UHGV virus genome: UHGV-0385110
Reading direction: 5' to 3' (one strand)
Source: a virus
Length of the DNA stretch: 47,876 bases
Part shown: one piece after another, positions 46,718-47,876 of the stretch
Position numbering within the stretch: the first letter of the stretch is position 1
Layout: the number at the start of each line of letters is the position of its first letter
Program-made: the position numbers and the translations under genes
The notes under the pieces: generated by a model
Database searches by the model: none
What the model saw: only the letters and a program-made list of their open reading frames with translations
Told to the model about the DNA's origin: nothing

Positions 46718-47215
46718 ATGGCATCTCGCGGAATCAACAAAGTAATCATTTTGGGCACCCTCGGACAAGACCCGGAAGTTAAATATATGCCATCTGGCGG
46801 CGCTGTGTGCAACATTTCTCTGGCAACATCAGAACAGTGGAATGACAAGGCCACAGGTGAAAAGAAAGAGCAGACAGAATGGCATCGCGTGGTTATCTTC
46901 GGAAAGCTGGCAGAGGTGGCTGGAGAATACCTGCGCAAAGGCTCTCAGGTATATGTAGAGGGTAAATTACGCACTCGAAAATGGACAGATCAAATCGGTG
47001 GTGAAAAATATACTACTGAAATCGTTTTGCAGCCGATGAACGGTGTTATGCAAATGATCGGTGGTAAATCAAGTGATAATGGGAACCAACAATCACAACA
47101 ACGGCAACAGTCAGGAAGTAATCAGCAATCAGGATGGGGTAAACCTCAGCAGCCATCAAACACATCAAAACCACCGGCAAACGAGCCGCCGATGGATGAT
47201 GATATTCCGTTTTAA
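46718..47215 (+). CDS. ssb: single-stranded DNA-binding protein
   Basis: 165 aa. OB-fold N-terminus (..[36 protein letters not shown]..). Gln/Gly-rich linker. Acidic tail ..DDDIPF. Confidence 0.85.
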   Translation: MASRGINKVIILGTLGQDPEVKYMPSGGAVCNISLATSEQWNDKATGEKKEQTEWHRVVIFGKLAEVAGEYLRKGSQVYVEGKLRTRKWTDQIGGEKYTTEIVLQPMNGVMQMIGGKSSDNGNQQSQQRQQSGSNQQSGWGKPQQPSNTSKPPANEPPMDDDIPF

Positions 47216-47220
47216 TGAAG

Positions 47221-47243
47221 AAAGGGCCGAATGGCCCTTTTAT
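47221..47243 (+). terminator. rho-independent terminator
   Basis: aaaGGGCCgaatGGCCCttttat. Confidence 0.55.
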
Positions 47244-47360
47244 GATATAAATTTTTTATTTTTATCGACACCAGTTACATGAAACCAGGTTGATATATTA
47301 CTGATCTGTCATCTACAAAACCATGCTTTTATACGAAGTATTTTTATTGATGGAAAGATA

Positions 47361-47398
47361 AAAAAAAGGAAGCGGCTATCAATTTTCATAATAGCCGC
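47361..47398 (-). terminator. rho-independent terminator for the wrap-around tail-fibre gene
   Basis: On minus strand: GCGGCTAT..ATAGCCGC hairpin followed by TTCCTTTTTTTT. Confidence 0.5.
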
Positions 47399-47407
47399 AA
47401 TGTGCTG

Positions 47408-47876
47408 TTAGCTAAAGCGCGAATGATTTCGAGAATAATCCAGAGCAACAATATCTGCCGGATTAACATCGGAGTCTGTCATATCGTAAACACCAGCGCG
47501 GTAGATTGTAGCCACCGTACCACCTGTAACCGCTGTACCGAATGATCCGCTAAGAAGTTGTTTTTTTGTAAACGAAGACGGATATGTTGCTGCGGTGGCA
47601 ATCGCCTTTTCAACTACCGGGGAACCATTAACAAAAAGCTGGCTCTTAACCTGCGTCGAACTGACTTTGTAGGCGTACATCGCCACCTGGGTAACTGTTC
47701 CCAGCACTGCTTTCACAGCAGTATCCACACCACCTGAACCATCCCACGACGCCCCCCATGCCTGGAACTGCATGTTATTCAGTGCGCCAGAGGCATTACT
47801 GTTCCCTAGAATTCCAGACAGGGTTGTTGCATCCGCCGCGCCGCTACCTACTGAAAGTAACGCGCATTGTCGGGCG
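47408..47876 (-). CDS. tail fibre-like protein, C-terminal part (continuation of the ORF starting at 362)
   Basis: Open to the window edge. In frame with 1..362 across the junction. Gly/Ala/Thr/Ser-rich. Confidence 0.5.
   Translation of the reverse strand, partial: ARQCALLSVGSGAADATTLSGILGNSNASGALNNMQFQAWGASWDGSGGVDTAVKAVLGTVTQVAMYAYKVSSTQVKSQLFVNGSPVVEKAIATAATYPSSFTKKQLLSGSFGTAVTGGTVATIYRAGVYDMTDSDVNPADIVALDYSRNHSRFS

Noticed and set aside
47309-47316. Isolated minus-strand TTGTAGAT in the SSB/tail-fibre intergenic region
   Set aside because: Points into the SSB terminator with no downstream gene on that strand. Short partial match, likely chance.
1-47876. Evidence for temperate lifestyle, CRISPR arrays, or integrated mobile elements
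   Set aside because: No integrase, repressor/Cro pair, att-like direct repeats, transposase or spacer-repeat arrays were seen. Gene content indicates a virulent phage.

Overview
The window reads as a complete, circularly permuted genome (about 47.9 kb) of a virulent T1-like siphovirus (Drexlerviridae-like gene content and order) of an enterobacterial host. No integrase, att site or CRISPR array was seen.

Late structural genes run on the minus strand. From 1 to 21.6 kb they encode tail fibre, J-like tip, K/L/M-like minor tail proteins, tape measure, chaperone, major tail, head-tail connectors, major capsid, decoration and prohead protease/scaffold. From 29.6 to 35.5 kb they encode head morphogenesis (SPP1 gp7-like), portal, TerL and TerS.

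Three plus-strand islands interrupt the tail/head module, each with its own promoter and terminator. They are an HNH endonuclease plus a truncated C5-methyltransferase-like gene, an ORF-less promoter-terminator unit with a tRNA-like 3-prime fragment, and a translationally coupled 7-gene ParB-like nuclease operon.

Other modules are a minus-strand lysis cassette (HNH, GH24 endolysin, holin-like, overlapping Rz/Rz1), two blocks of small early genes, and an AT-rich origin-like repeat region at 38.7-39.1 kb. A replication/recombination block follows: a 496-aa DExH-motif protein, primase, SF2 helicase, VRR-NUC, a PD-(D/E)xK exonuclease, a Sak4-like ATPase and SSB.

A 277-aa tail-fibre-like ORF is continuous across the window ends (362 down to 1, then 47876 down to 47408, in frame with no stop), which shows the permutation.

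A composite 12-mer, TTGACGTAGATT, or its TAGATT -10-like core recurs at the head of every non-structural transcription unit and appears to be a phage-specific promoter/operator code.
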